A stretch of 45,410 nt of DNA. Source: an uncultured Planctomycetia bacterium. Lineage in GTDB: Bacteria > Omnitrophota > Gorgyraeia > JABMRG01. This document shows, in pieces, positions 28,046-37,341 of this stretch (the first letter of the stretch is position 1; every line of letters starts with the position of its first letter). The stretch covers positions 1 through 45,410 of the forward strand of contig CAZGAS010000003.1 in assembly GCA_964523875.1 (NCBI GenBank). The letters run 5' to 3'. The notes beneath the pieces were generated by a model. It was not told the origin of the DNA, did not search any database, and saw nothing but the letters and a program-made list of their open reading frames with translations. A program made the translations under genes and the position numbers.

Positions 28046-28861
28046 ATGTTAAAAAAAATAGGCATAGTAGGTTGTGGCACTATAGGTAGTTTTATCGCGA
28101 AAGCTGTGGATAATGAATTAAAATCTTTCGCGAAGATTGCCGGACTCTGTGATATAGATAACGAACGCGCTGTGGATCTTTGTAAAACGCTTTCACAAAA
28201 ACCACCGATAGTTTCAATTAGCAGGCTTATTGATAGCTCAGATATTGTAGTGGAGGCAGCATCAGGCAGGGCATCTTTTGATTTGACAAGGGAAGTTCTT
28301 TTGAATAAGAAAGATGTTTTGGTAATGAGCATTGGCGGGCTGCTTGGAAAGAGTGAGGAGTTGTTTGCGATAGCGAGAAAGAATAGAGCAAAGATAATTC
28401 TTCCCAGCGGCGCGATATGTGGATTAGATGGTATAAAATCCGCTGGTATAGGTTCAGTGACGAAGGTTACTCTTACAACACGAAAGCCTCCAAAGGGCCT
28501 TAGAGGTGCCCCTTATATAATTGAGAATGGGATAGACCTTGACGCTATAACCAATGAGTATGTTATATTTGAAGGTACCGCGCAGAAAGCGGTCCAGGCT
28601 TTTCCTAAGAACATTAATGTTTCCGCGCTCTTGTCCATCGCGGGTATAGGTGCGGAAAAAACAATAGTAAAGATTGTTACTTCCCCCGAGTATACAGTTA
28701 ACGTGCATGAGGTTGAAGTGGAAGGAGATTTTGGAAAGCTCCTTACCCGCACAGAGAATGTTCCTTCACCACAAAATCCAAAGACGAGTTTTTTGGCGCC
28801 GCTTTCCGCGGTATCCGCTTTAAGGCAATACCTTGATGATTCTGTCAAGATTGGTGCCTGA
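28046..28861 (+). CDS. nadX: L-aspartate dehydrogenase
   Basis: GIVGCGTIG, VVEAAS, PSGAICGLD, TRKPP, FPKNINV, NVHE, NPKTS; follows nadA. Confidence 0.92.
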   Translation: MLKKIGIVGCGTIGSFIAKAVDNELKSFAKIAGLCDIDNERAVDLCKTLSQKPPIVSISRLIDSSDIVVEAASGRASFDLTREVLLNKKDVLVMSIGGLLGKSEELFAIARKNRAKIILPSGAICGLDGIKSAGIGSVTKVTLTTRKPPKGLRGAPYIIENGIDLDAITNEYVIFEGTAQKAVQAFPKNINVSALLSIAGIGAEKTIVKIVTSPEYTVNVHEVEVEGDFGKLLTRTENVPSPQNPKTSFLAPLSAVSALRQYLDDSVKIGA

Positions 28862-28956
28862 GTCCGTGTGATACAAAATTCATTAAGAACTGTAAATACC
28901 CGGAGAGAATTTTAAAAATATTTTTTAAAATATTTTCTTAAAAAAGAAAAAAGTTC

Positions 28957-28985
28957 TTGCACCCCTCTTAAAAAAAGCGTAAAAT
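28957..28985 (+). promoter_or_regulatory. Sigma70 promoter with upstream A/T tracts, for the lysine-rich gene pair
   Basis: TTGCAC, 17-nt spacer, TAAAAT; very AT-rich 28908-28952; strong SD GGGAGGTG before ATG 29027. Confidence 0.65.
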
Positions 28986-29026
28986 AAAATTAATAAAATA
29001 TTTCTGAAGGGAGGTGAAAATATAAA

Positions 29027-29350
29027 ATGGCAACAAAAGTATTAAAATGTAAAATTAAAAGAGAAAAAGGTTTTCTTTATTATTTGGATAAAAAAGGAAA
29101 TGTTTCAAAGGCAACGATGGCTCGTGGTAAGAAGAAAGGCGGCAGCCCTAAGGTTGTTGTTAAAGCAGGTATTATTAGGGAAAAGGGGTATCTTTATTTT
29201 ATAGATAAGCAGGGTGATGTTGCAAAGGCAACGATGGCACGTGGTAAGAAAAAGAAGAAGGTCGCCAAGAAGAAGGTAGTAAAGAAAAAGGTAGCAAAGA
29301 AAAAAGCCAAGAAGAAGGTAACGAAGAAGAAAGCCAAGAAGAAGAAATAG
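29027..29350 (+). CDS. Highly basic protein: two tandem 39-aa repeats plus an H1-like KKKVA tail; putative nucleoid-associated protein
   Basis: REKGFLYYLDKKGNVSKATMARGKKK and REKGYLYFIDKQGDVAKATMARGKKK repeats; poly-Lys tail; strong SD. Confidence 0.8.
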   Translation: MATKVLKCKIKREKGFLYYLDKKGNVSKATMARGKKKGGSPKVVVKAGIIREKGYLYFIDKQGDVAKATMARGKKKKKVAKKKVVKKKVAKKKAKKKVTKKKAKKKK

Positions 29351-29390
29351 CATATAACGGCTAAACCTTTTACTAAAAAAGGAGGGAAAC

Positions 29391-29474
29391 ATGGCAGCAA
29401 AGAAAAAGGCAAAGAAAAAGGTAGCGAAGAAAAAGGTAGCGAAGAAAAAGGTAGCAAAGAAAAAGAAGAAATAA
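29391..29474 (+). CDS. 27-aa lysine-rich microprotein MAAKKKAKKKVAKKKVAKKKVAKKKKK (not in the ORF track)
   Basis: SD GGAGG 5 nt before ATG 29391; TAA at 29472-29474; same VAKKK unit as the tail of the upstream gene. Confidence 0.72.
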   Translation: MAAKKKAKKKVAKKKVAKKKVAKKKKK

Positions 29475-29500
29475 GTATTAATATATATAAAGTAATCTGA

Positions 29501-29561
29501 AACAGACAGCCCCTTTTAGCAGAATGCTTAAAAAGCTTATTGCGAGAAGGGGCTTCCTGTT
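29501..29561 (+). terminator. Long hairpin after the lysine-rich pair (probable terminator or RNA stabiliser)
   Basis: AACAG..AGCCCCTTTTAGCA / TGCGAGAAGGGGCT..CTGTT; U-tract weak. Confidence 0.6.
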
Positions 29562-29573
29562 ATGTAAATAAAT

Positions 29574-32396
29574 ATGAATAATAAATACATTACAATAAAA
29601 GGCGCAAGAGAGCATAACCTGAAATCTATCAATCTGAAGCTTCCGCGTAATGAACTTACGGTAATTACCGGTTTGTCAGGTTCGGGAAAGTCTTCACTTG
29701 CCTTTGATACTATATACGCTGAAGGCCAGCGTAAATATGTTGAGAGTCTTTCCGCGTACGCGCGTCAATTTTTAGAACAGATGCAGAAACCAGATGTTGA
29801 CCATATAGAAGGACTTTCGCCGAGCATAGCTATACAGCAGAGAAGGGCTGGTTCAAACCCCCGCTCTACAGTTGCGACTGTTACCGAGATACATGATTAT
29901 TTAAGGTTGCTTTTTTCAAGAATAGGCAATATCTATTGCTATAAGTGCTCTAAATTAATAACCCACCAGTCCGCGCAGCAGATTATAGACAAGATAAACC
30001 AGTACATTATTAATACGCCTGTTGTAATATTAGCGCCGGTTATACGTGGTAAAAAGGGTGAGCACAACGATCTTTTCAATAATATAAAAAAGAACGGGTT
30101 TATACGCTGCAGGATAGACGGGAAAATATATGACCTTGCTGAAGATATTAAGCTCAATAAAAACAAAAAACATAATATCGAGGTTGTGGTAGATAGATTA
30201 GTGATAAAGCCTAGCACGCGTAAACGCCTAGCTGATTCTATTGAAACCGCTTTAGGCCTTGGCAGTGGATTAATTATTGTCTCTATACAGCCTCTTGCGC
30301 AGACAGAAAACCAAACACCTAAAACTGAAACACTATACAGCTCTCAAAATGCCTGTGTCGATTGCGGGATAAATTATGAGACACTTGAACCTCGCGTGTT
30401 TTCTTTTAACTCTCCATACGGGGCCTGCCCGGCTTGTAATGGATTAGGCCACAGTACGGAGATAGATCCCGATCTTGTTATACCGGATAAATCCAAATCC
30501 ATTAGAGGCGGCGCTATAGATCCATGGCGAAAAGGCGGAAAGTCTTTGCTTTTATATTATTATAAGCTTCTTAGCGGGTTTGCTGATGATTATCATCTTA
30601 GCCTTGATAAACCGTTTAAGGGCCTTAGTAAAAGAACGCAGGATATTGTTTTATATGGAAGCAGGGACAAGGCGAGAGAAGGGGTATATTTTGAAGGGGT
30701 TATCCCTAACCTGGAACGCCGTTTTAAAGAGACTGATAGTGAATATATGCGTAATGTTATCCATGAGTACATGTCAGTGCAGCCCTGCACTCGCTGTAAA
30801 GGCAGAAGGCTTAAGGAAGAGTCTCTGTCAGTAAAGATTGCACAAAAGAGTATCGCGGATATATGTAGTTTCTCCATAACTCAGGCCTTTGATTTTTTTA
30901 GTAACCTAAAGCTTAACGCCAAAAGTAAGCAGATAGCAAGGCAGATACTAAAAGAACTTAATAGCAGGCTCAAGTTTTTGTTAAATGTAGGCTTGGGTTA
31001 TCTTACCTTGGATCGTATCAGCTCTACGCTTTCAGGCGGGGAGGCGCAGCGCATCAGGCTTGCTACCCAGATAGGAGCCGGATTAGTAGGTGTTCTCTAT
31101 GTACTGGATGAGCCAAGTATAGGCCTTCACCAGAAGGATAATTCCAAGCTTCTTTCCACGCTTCAGGCCCTACGCGATATTGGTAATACTATTGTTGTTG
31201 TAGAGCATGATGAGGCTATGATAAGAAGCGCGGATTTTGTTGTGGATTTAGGCCCCGGTGCCGGCAAAGAAGGTGGAGAGTTGATATATAGCGGCCGCGT
31301 AAAAGGCCTTTTGAAGAACAAGGCTTCTCTGACCGCGAAGTATTTAAATGGTGGCCTGAGAGTAGCTCTGTCTGGTAATCCCAGAGATTACAAAAAAAGA
31401 AAAAAACTTGTTATCAAAGGGGCGAGCGAGCACAACTTAAAGGGGATTGACGTCTCTTTGCCCTTGGGTACATTTAATTGTGTAACAGGCGTGTCTGGTT
31501 CAGGAAAATCTACATTAGTAGATGAGATACTCTTCAGGGCGCTTGCGAAGAAATTCTATAATTCTACTCAAGCTCCGGGCAAGCATAAAAAAATATTCGG
31601 AAGTGAGCATATAGATAAAGTAATAGTTGTAGACCAGTCACCTATAGGACGCACGCCGCGTTCTAACCCCGCGACTTATACAGGCGCGTTTGGTTATATA
31701 AGAGAGCTATTTTGCAAGCTTCCTGAAGCGAAAATAAGAGGGTATAAAGCAGGCCGGTTCAGTTTTAATGTTAAAGGCGGCAGGTGTGAAATTTGTGAAG
31801 GGGACGGGGTAAAAAAGATAGAGATGCATTTTCTTCCTGATGTTTATATTCAATGTCAGGCTTGCAAGGGGAAGCGTTTTAATCATCAAACGCTTGAGGT
31901 CAAATACAAGGGCAAGTCCATATCAGATGTGCTTGAGATGGCTATTGATGATGCCCTGGAGTTGTTTGCTAATATCCCTCCTGTATATAAAAAGCTTAAG
32001 ACTCTCTCTGATGTTGGCTTAGGTTATATCGAACTCGGCCAATCCGCTACAACGCTTTCTGGTGGTGAAGCACAGAGAGTGAAACTTTCAACAGAGCTTT
32101 CAAAGCAAGCAACCGGCAGGACCCTCTATATTCTAGATGAGCCTACTACAGGGTTACATTTCGCGGATGTAAATAAGCTCTTATCAGTATTGAACAGGTT
32201 GGTTGTTCAAGGTAATACAGTACTGGTTATAGAACATAATCTTGATGTTATAAAATCCGCGGATTATATTGTAGATTTAGGCCCTGAAGGTGGGGAAAAA
32301 GGTGGTAATATAGTTGCCTCCGGTTCTCCTGCTGAGATTGCCAAAAATAGATATTCTCATACAGGACGTTACCTTAAGGGAGCATTTTCTTTTTGA
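29574..32396 (+). CDS. uvrA: Excinuclease ABC subunit A
   Basis: GAREHNLK, two Walker A motifs ([16 protein letters not shown]), two LSGGEAQR signatures, zinc-finger CxxC pairs. Confidence 0.98.
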   Translation: MNNKYITIKGAREHNLKSINLKLPRNELTVITGLSGSGKSSLAFDTIYAEGQRKYVESLSAYARQFLEQMQKPDVDHIEGLSPSIAIQQRRAGSNPRSTVATVTEIHDYLRLLFSRIGNIYCYKCSKLITHQSAQQIIDKINQYIINTPVVILAPVIRGKKGEHNDLFNNIKKNGFIRCRIDGKIYDLAEDIKLNKNKKHNIEVVVDRLVIKPSTRKRLADSIETALGLGSGLIIVSIQPLAQTENQTPKTETLYSSQNACVDCGINYETLEPRVFSFNSPYGACPACNGLGHSTEIDPDLVIPDKSKSIRGGAIDPWRKGGKSLLLYYYKLLSGFADDYHLSLDKPFKGLSKRTQDIVLYGSRDKAREGVYFEGVIPNLERRFKETDSEYMRNVIHEYMSVQPCTRCKGRRLKEESLSVKIAQKSIADICSFSITQAFDFFSNLKLNAKSKQIARQILKELNSRLKFLLNVGLGYLTLDRISSTLSGGEAQRIRLATQIGAGLVGVLYVLDEPSIGLHQKDNSKLLSTLQALRDIGNTIVVVEHDEAMIRSADFVVDLGPGAGKEGGELIYSGRVKGLLKNKASLTAKYLNGGLRVALSGNPRDYKKRKKLVIKGASEHNLKGIDVSLPLGTFNCVTGVSGSGKSTLVDEILFRALAKKFYNSTQAPGKHKKIFGSEHIDKVIVVDQSPIGRTPRSNPATYTGAFGYIRELFCKLPEAKIRGYKAGRFSFNVKGGRCEICEGDGVKKIEMHFLPDVYIQCQACKGKRFNHQTLEVKYKGKSISDVLEMAIDDALELFANIPPVYKKLKTLSDVGLGYIELGQSATTLSGGEAQRVKLSTELSKQATGRTLYILDEPTTGLHFADVNKLLSVLNRLVVQGNTVLVIEHNLDVIKSADYIVDLGPEGGEKGGNIVASGSPAEIAKNRYSHTGRYLKGAFSF

Positions 32397-32486
32397 GTAG
32401 TATAAATATTGCGGCAGTCTTTTGCCCTGTTGAGGGTATTATGTCAGCATAGGTATGAAATACTCCGCTAAACGCCTATTTTATTA

Positions 32487-32515
32487 TTGAATTAACTTTT
32501 ACTTAATGATATACT
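32487..32515 (+). promoter_or_regulatory. Sigma70 promoter of the TPR-exbB-exbD-tonB operon
   Basis: TTGAAT, 17-nt spacer, TATACT with extended TG; ATG lies 9 nt downstream. Confidence 0.55.
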
Positions 32516-32524
32516 TATTCTGCA

Positions 32525-34999
32525 ATGAAATCTATATACAATCCCCTTATCGTAATTATACTTGTTTGCTCTATCAGTGCGCCTGTTAGCCTCTATGCGG
32601 ATAATGAGCCAGCGGATGCCCAGCTACTATTTGCTAGAAAGACGTTTGAGGATGGCTTATATGACTTGACAATAGAGAAAGCAAACCAGTCTCTTGCTTA
32701 TTATCCAGCTGGCCAACAGGTTGGCGAGGCCCGTATGCTTATCGGGAAGTCCTATTTTTACAAAGGCGAGTACTCCAAGGCATTGAATCAGTTCGAGTCT
32801 GTATTGGGTATTGATGATTCAAAGTTTAAGGATGACGCGTTATACTGGTGCGGGGAAGTTAATTTCAAGGTTGCTGAGTATGATAGCGCTATATCATTTT
32901 ATCAACGCCTTATCGATAAGTACCCACTCTCTACATACGCTCCATACGCTTATTATTCACGCGGTTGGGCTTATTATAAAAAGAGTGATATGCAAAAGGC
33001 ATTAGAGGATTTTGAAAAGGTAATAGATGAATATCCAAAATCAAAGATTCTGCCATCAGCTGTTTACAAGACAGCGGAATGTTATTATGACCTTTCTGAA
33101 CTTAGCAAAGCAAAAAAGCAGGTAGAGTATTACCTGAAGCGGTTTCCATTGTCAAATGAAGCAAAGGACGCGCTATTTTTAAACGCGGAGATACTTTACC
33201 ATCTTGAGGATTATGAAGGCGCTATTGTTTTATACAAAGACGCTTTAGAGCTTTCAGGCGCTGAAAAGTGGATACCCCATGCCCGCCTTGCTATAGGTTG
33301 GTCATATTTTAAGATGTCAGAATATGATAAATCTGCTAAAGAATTTCAGTCTATTGCTGAGAATGATCTCTTCGATGGTTTGAAGGATAATGCTCTTTTT
33401 GGGTTAGGCCGTTCTTATAGTATGCAGGGCCAGAACAGCGACGCTATAATTGCTTATGAGTGCTTGCTGGATGTATACCCCGCAAGCAGGTATAGAGAGG
33501 AGGCTTATTTTCAGAAAGCGGAATCACTCTATAATATCGGCCACTACGCGAACGCGGTCACAGCATATGAAGAGTTTTTGAATAATTTTTCCAAAAGCAA
33601 ACTTTTGCCGGAAGTGCACTATAATCTTGCGTGGACTTTCCTACGTTTTGATAAGCCAAAGGAGGCAATACTGCAGTTCAAGCAGTCAAAAGAACTTTCT
33701 GATGACAATAATTTTAAGGCAAGTTCAATGTGTCGTATTGGTGATATCTATTTTGACATAGGTGATCATGAACAGGCCCAGCAATATTACGATAATGTAC
33801 TCAATGAATATCCAGATAATTATTACGCTGATTACGCTCAATATAGGCTTGGCGAGATCTTTGTCAGTATTAATGAACCTGCTAACGCGATAATTACGTT
33901 TAAGAGCTTTGTGACTAATTTTCCGAAGAGCAAACTTATGGATAAGGTGATATTCCAGTTAGGTGATATATATTATAAGCAGGCTAATTACGAATTTGCG
34001 ATAAAAGAATATAACAGGGTAATTGAAGAATTCTATAATAGCGCATTTAAGGATAAGGCACTATACCAGATAGGGAGTTGCCATTACAATACAGGCGATT
34101 ACGCATCCGCGGCAGAGATCTTTAAGGGTATAATAATCAAGGCTTCTGATAAGGAGCTAGAAAGGCTTTCGAGATACGAATTAGGTTGGTGCTATTACCG
34201 GATGGGGAAAGAAAAAGCCGCCATAAAGATATTTGATAATTACCTTATACACTATCCGGATAGCGATATAACCGCTGATATTATTTTCTGGTTTGCGCAG
34301 AGCTATTACAGCAAAGGCCGTTACCCCAGGGCAAAGATTAGCCTAAACAGGGTTATCGTAGGTTTTCCAAAGAGTGTGTTGGTAGATGACGCGAATTATC
34401 TTCTTGGATGGGCATTTTATCGTGAAGGCAGGCTCCAGCAGGCTCTTGACCAATTCGAGAGTGTTATAACCCGTTATCCGAATAGTGATTCAGCGTATAA
34501 TGCCGCGATAGCGCTTGGTGATATCCTGACAGAATCGGGAAAGTACGAGGAAGCGGTAGAGAGGCTTGAACGTCTTCTTATTCGTTATCAAGACCTGCAG
34601 TTTCAAAAGATAATGAATAAAAAGATAGGCCTTATATATCAGTCAAAAGGTTTTTATAGCAAGGCTACCAGGTATTATAGGAAAGCGCTTACATCAGATG
34701 ATAATGATTTTAACGCGGAACTGCAGTTTCGGATAGCTGAATGCATGGAAGATGAATCTCGTTTTGACAACGCGATTTCAGAATACCTTAAAGTCGGTTA
34801 TTCATACCCTAATAGCAGGTATTGGGCTATGCGCGCGCGCCTGCGAACCGCGCAGATATTCGAGGCTCAGGAAAGATGGGCTGACGCTCGAAAGATATAT
34901 GATGAGATAGCCCTGGAGAATGTCCAGGAGGCTAAGCATGCCCTTGAGAGGCTGCGTTGGATGGACAAACATAAAGAGGAGCTTGGAGAAAAGAGTTGA
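32525..34999 (+). CDS. Exported multi-TPR protein (BamD/CpoB-type 'YP.S' repeats)
   Basis: N-terminal signal peptide; many ~37-aa helical repeats of the form A.Y..G..Y....Y..A...F......YP.S. Confidence 0.85.
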   Translation: MKSIYNPLIVIILVCSISAPVSLYADNEPADAQLLFARKTFEDGLYDLTIEKANQSLAYYPAGQQVGEARMLIGKSYFYKGEYSKALNQFESVLGIDDSKFKDDALYWCGEVNFKVAEYDSAISFYQRLIDKYPLSTYAPYAYYSRGWAYYKKSDMQKALEDFEKVIDEYPKSKILPSAVYKTAECYYDLSELSKAKKQVEYYLKRFPLSNEAKDALFLNAEILYHLEDYEGAIVLYKDALELSGAEKWIPHARLAIGWSYFKMSEYDKSAKEFQSIAENDLFDGLKDNALFGLGRSYSMQGQNSDAIIAYECLLDVYPASRYREEAYFQKAESLYNIGHYANAVTAYEEFLNNFSKSKLLPEVHYNLAWTFLRFDKPKEAILQFKQSKELSDDNNFKASSMCRIGDIYFDIGDHEQAQQYYDNVLNEYPDNYYADYAQYRLGEIFVSINEPANAIITFKSFVTNFPKSKLMDKVIFQLGDIYYKQANYEFAIKEYNRVIEEFYNSAFKDKALYQIGSCHYNTGDYASAAEIFKGIIIKASDKELERLSRYELGWCYYRMGKEKAAIKIFDNYLIHYPDSDITADIIFWFAQSYYSKGRYPRAKISLNRVIVGFPKSVLVDDANYLLGWAFYREGRLQQALDQFESVITRYPNSDSAYNAAIALGDILTESGKYEEAVERLERLLIRYQDLQFQKIMNKKIGLIYQSKGFYSKATRYYRKALTSDDNDFNAELQFRIAECMEDESRFDNAISEYLKVGYSYPNSRYWAMRARLRTAQIFEAQERWADARKIYDEIALENVQEAKHALERLRWMDKHKEELGEKS

Positions 35000-35005
35000 G
35001 CACGC

Positions 35006-35085
35006 CCCCACTATCGCGTTTTGTGAAACAAGAATATGGGGATAATTCGTCCCTCTGCTTTCTTTAGGAAAGCAAGAATAGGGAC
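35006..35085. repeat. Two adjacent hairpins sharing CAAGAATA
   Basis: CCCCA..TTTTGT-gaa-ACAAGA..TGGGG (35006-35041) and GTCCCT-c-TGCTTTC..GAAAGCA..AGGGAC (35049-35085). Confidence 0.55.
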
Positions 35086-35104
35086 TCATTAAAGGAGGCA
35101 TTGT

Positions 35105-35737
35105 ATGTTTAGTCTGATTGTAAAAGGCGGGGCGGTAATGTACCCCATAATCTTATGTTCCATAATCGCTCTTGCTATTGCCATTGAAAAAATTTATCAC
35201 CTTCATAGGGCAAAGATAGATACGCGCAAATTTATGGATGATATCGCGAATATTCTGCGGCGTAATAAGATTATGGAGGCTATCGAGATGTGTGACAAGA
35301 CACCTGGCCCGATTGCGCACATTCTAAAGGCAGGTATCTTGAAGCATGATCGCCCAAAACCGGAGATAAAAGAAGCAATAGAAGAAGCGGGTTTGTATGA
35401 GGTTCCCAGAATGGAGAAGAATCTTACAGCTCTTGCGACTATCGCTCATATCTCACCACTATTAGGGCTTCTTGGTACAGTTGTTGGTATGGTAGGTTGC
35501 TTCCAGGTGATACAGCAGAAATCTACATCACTAAATCCTGTTTCACCGGGTGACCTGGCCGGAGGCATATGGGCAGCGCTTATTACTACAGTCGCGGGCC
35601 TTGCAGTCGCGATTCCCGTATATGTAGCATATAACTATCTGGTAAGCAGGGTTAACCGTCTTGTGCTTGATATGGAGAGAAGTTCTACGGACCTAACCAA
35701 CATACTCACGCAGAGAGGCAAAGACTATGAGGCTTAA
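35105..35737 (+). CDS. exbB: MotA/TolQ/ExbB proton channel protein
   Basis: GGAVMYPI, SPLLGLLGTV.GM, LAGGI..ALITT..GL.VAIP. Confidence 0.88.
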   Translation: MFSLIVKGGAVMYPIILCSIIALAIAIEKIYHLHRAKIDTRKFMDDIANILRRNKIMEAIEMCDKTPGPIAHILKAGILKHDRPKPEIKEAIEEAGLYEVPRMEKNLTALATIAHISPLLGLLGTVVGMVGCFQVIQQKSTSLNPVSPGDLAGGIWAALITTVAGLAVAIPVYVAYNYLVSRVNRLVLDMERSSTDLTNILTQRGKDYEA

Positions 35738-36134
35738 AAGACATCTAAAATTAGAAAGAACGCTTCGCACGATTGATATAGCACCATTGATAGATGTTGT
35801 TTTTTTACTCTTGATATTCTTTATGCTTACATCCAGTTTTATATTTCAACCTGGTATCAAGGTCAATCTGCCCCGTGCTATCACATCAGAGATGTTGAGT
35901 GAAGAGAATGCCGTTATTAGCATCACGGCGGAGAACCTGATATATTACAAGCAGAAGTTAGTTACTATTAAGGAGCTTTCATCTCTGTTAAAAGGCATAG
36001 CCTCTGCCAGGCTCCCTGTTCTTATCAAATCTGACAGAAAGGCGTCCCTGGGCCGCATTGTAGTAGTTTGGGATATTTGCAGACAGGAAGGCGTCCAGCA
36101 GGTTAATATCGCTACAACACAGACAACAGATTAG
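35727..36134 (+). CDS. exbD: Biopolymer transport protein ExbD/TolR
   Basis: IAPLIDVVFLLLIFFM, VNLP, LIKSD. Confidence 0.88.
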   Translation: MRLKRHLKLERTLRTIDIAPLIDVVFLLLIFFMLTSSFIFQPGIKVNLPRAITSEMLSEENAVISITAENLIYYKQKLVTIKELSSLLKGIASARLPVLIKSDRKASLGRIVVVWDICRQEGVQQVNIATTQTTD

Positions 36135-36146
36135 GCGAAAGCATAG

Positions 36147-36851
36147 ATGCAATTCAAGATTAATTTTAATCGCGCGCTTATAATATCTTTCATGTGGCAT
36201 CTACTATGTTTCTTTATGATTACGATTATTATAGTACCTGTGGGTGTAATGAAAAAGAGGCTTTCGGATATATATTTCCTTGGTTCCCTGCTTGACAAAA
36301 AGTCTTTTAAGCATGAGTTTAAGACGCTTGATACCTTTTTTAAAGGAAGAAGACGGGAAGGGGCTCAATTATCTTTAAATGACGAACAGATACTTCCTGT
36401 AGAACGTATTAATTTTAGCAGGGGAAAAGATTTGTTCTTGAAGAACTCACCAGAGATTATTGGCACAGATTCGATTATTGGCACAGAAAAGCTTTTTCCT
36501 GATATGATACAAAAGGAGCGTGTCTACTCGGAACCTGATAGCGCTGCCTCGGAGATTAGCGGTGAGGCAAAGAATAGGCTTGTCCTGTTTAAGCCGCCTT
36601 TTCCTGATTACAGGGTAGCTGTTTCGACGCATCATAAAGATAGTGTGCCTATTTCATATAATGTAAGATTAAGGCTTGTTATTGCCAAGGACGGTACAGT
36701 AAAGACGGCCGATACATTACAGACTTCAGGCTATCCTGATATAGACCTTATCGCTATAAGATATGTTAAGAAATGGAAGTTTATTTCTCTCAAGCCCGAC
36801 CAGACGCAGGAGGATCAGGAAGGTATCGTCCAGATAGCGTTCGGGCCCTAA
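36147..36851 (+). CDS. TonB/TolA-family energy transducer
   Basis: N-terminal TM containing S..WH; C-terminal TonB_C-like VRLRLVI..DGTV..TSGYPDID..A..VKKWKF; follows exbB-exbD. Confidence 0.7.
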   Translation: MQFKINFNRALIISFMWHLLCFFMITIIIVPVGVMKKRLSDIYFLGSLLDKKSFKHEFKTLDTFFKGRRREGAQLSLNDEQILPVERINFSRGKDLFLKNSPEIIGTDSIIGTEKLFPDMIQKERVYSEPDSAASEISGEAKNRLVLFKPPFPDYRVAVSTHHKDSVPISYNVRLRLVIAKDGTVKTADTLQTSGYPDIDLIAIRYVKKWKFISLKPDQTQEDQEGIVQIAFGP

Positions 36852-36880
36852 ACGTCTTTTAAAAGAAGTTGTATCAAACT

Positions 36881-37120
36881 ATGATTGAACTTGACATCGC
36901 TACGGCTGTTGCGTTATATTTGAGTTTAACAGTAATAACGCTGTTACTCCTAGAGCTCTTCTTTGATAGAGATACAAAGACTAAGCACTATGCCTCTGAG
37001 AAGAAATCGATATGGCAATGTGAAGTCTGTACATTTACCTATATAGACAGCCAACACGATGTTATATCTAAGTGTCCACAATGTGGAAGCTTTAATAAGC
37101 GAAAGGGGGATGCCCTATGA
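36881..37120 (+). CDS. Small membrane-anchored zinc-ribbon protein
   Basis: N-terminal TM; CEVC...CPQCGS; likely start ATG 36881. Confidence 0.7.
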   Translation: MIELDIATAVALYLSLTVITLLLLELFFDRDTKTKHYASEKKSIWQCEVCTFTYIDSQHDVISKCPQCGSFNKRKGDAL

Positions 37121-37326
37121 TAATACAGATAGGTATTATAGCAGGTGATATCTGGCATCATTTGGACACAAATGGTAAGGAAAAATTATCAAGGCTTATA
37201 CTAGTGGTTGGAAAATCACGGGATCTTGTTCTTATGAGTCTTGGGTGGCTTGCCAGGGAAGGCCATGTTATCTTAAAAGGCGATGGGGATTACGAGGTCT
37301 CATTAAGAAACAACGAGACTGCTTAA
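37117..37326 (+). CDS. Small winged helix-turn-helix protein (DUF2582-like)
   Basis: IG..AGDIWHHL..NG and LGWLAREG motifs. Confidence 0.8.
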   Translation: MIIQIGIIAGDIWHHLDTNGKEKLSRLILVVGKSRDLVLMSLGWLAREGHVILKGDGDYEVSLRNNETA

Positions 37327-37341
37327 AGACGGGTGTGTATT

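Noticed and set aside
29105-29457. Phe/Leu-rich minus-strand ORFs resembling membrane proteins
   Set aside because: They are antisense shadows of the lysine-codon runs on the + strand.
29475-29573. LexA/SOS box upstream of uvrA
   Set aside because: No CTGT-N8-ACAG, GAAC-N4-GTTC or TGTTC-N4-GAACA pattern is seen.
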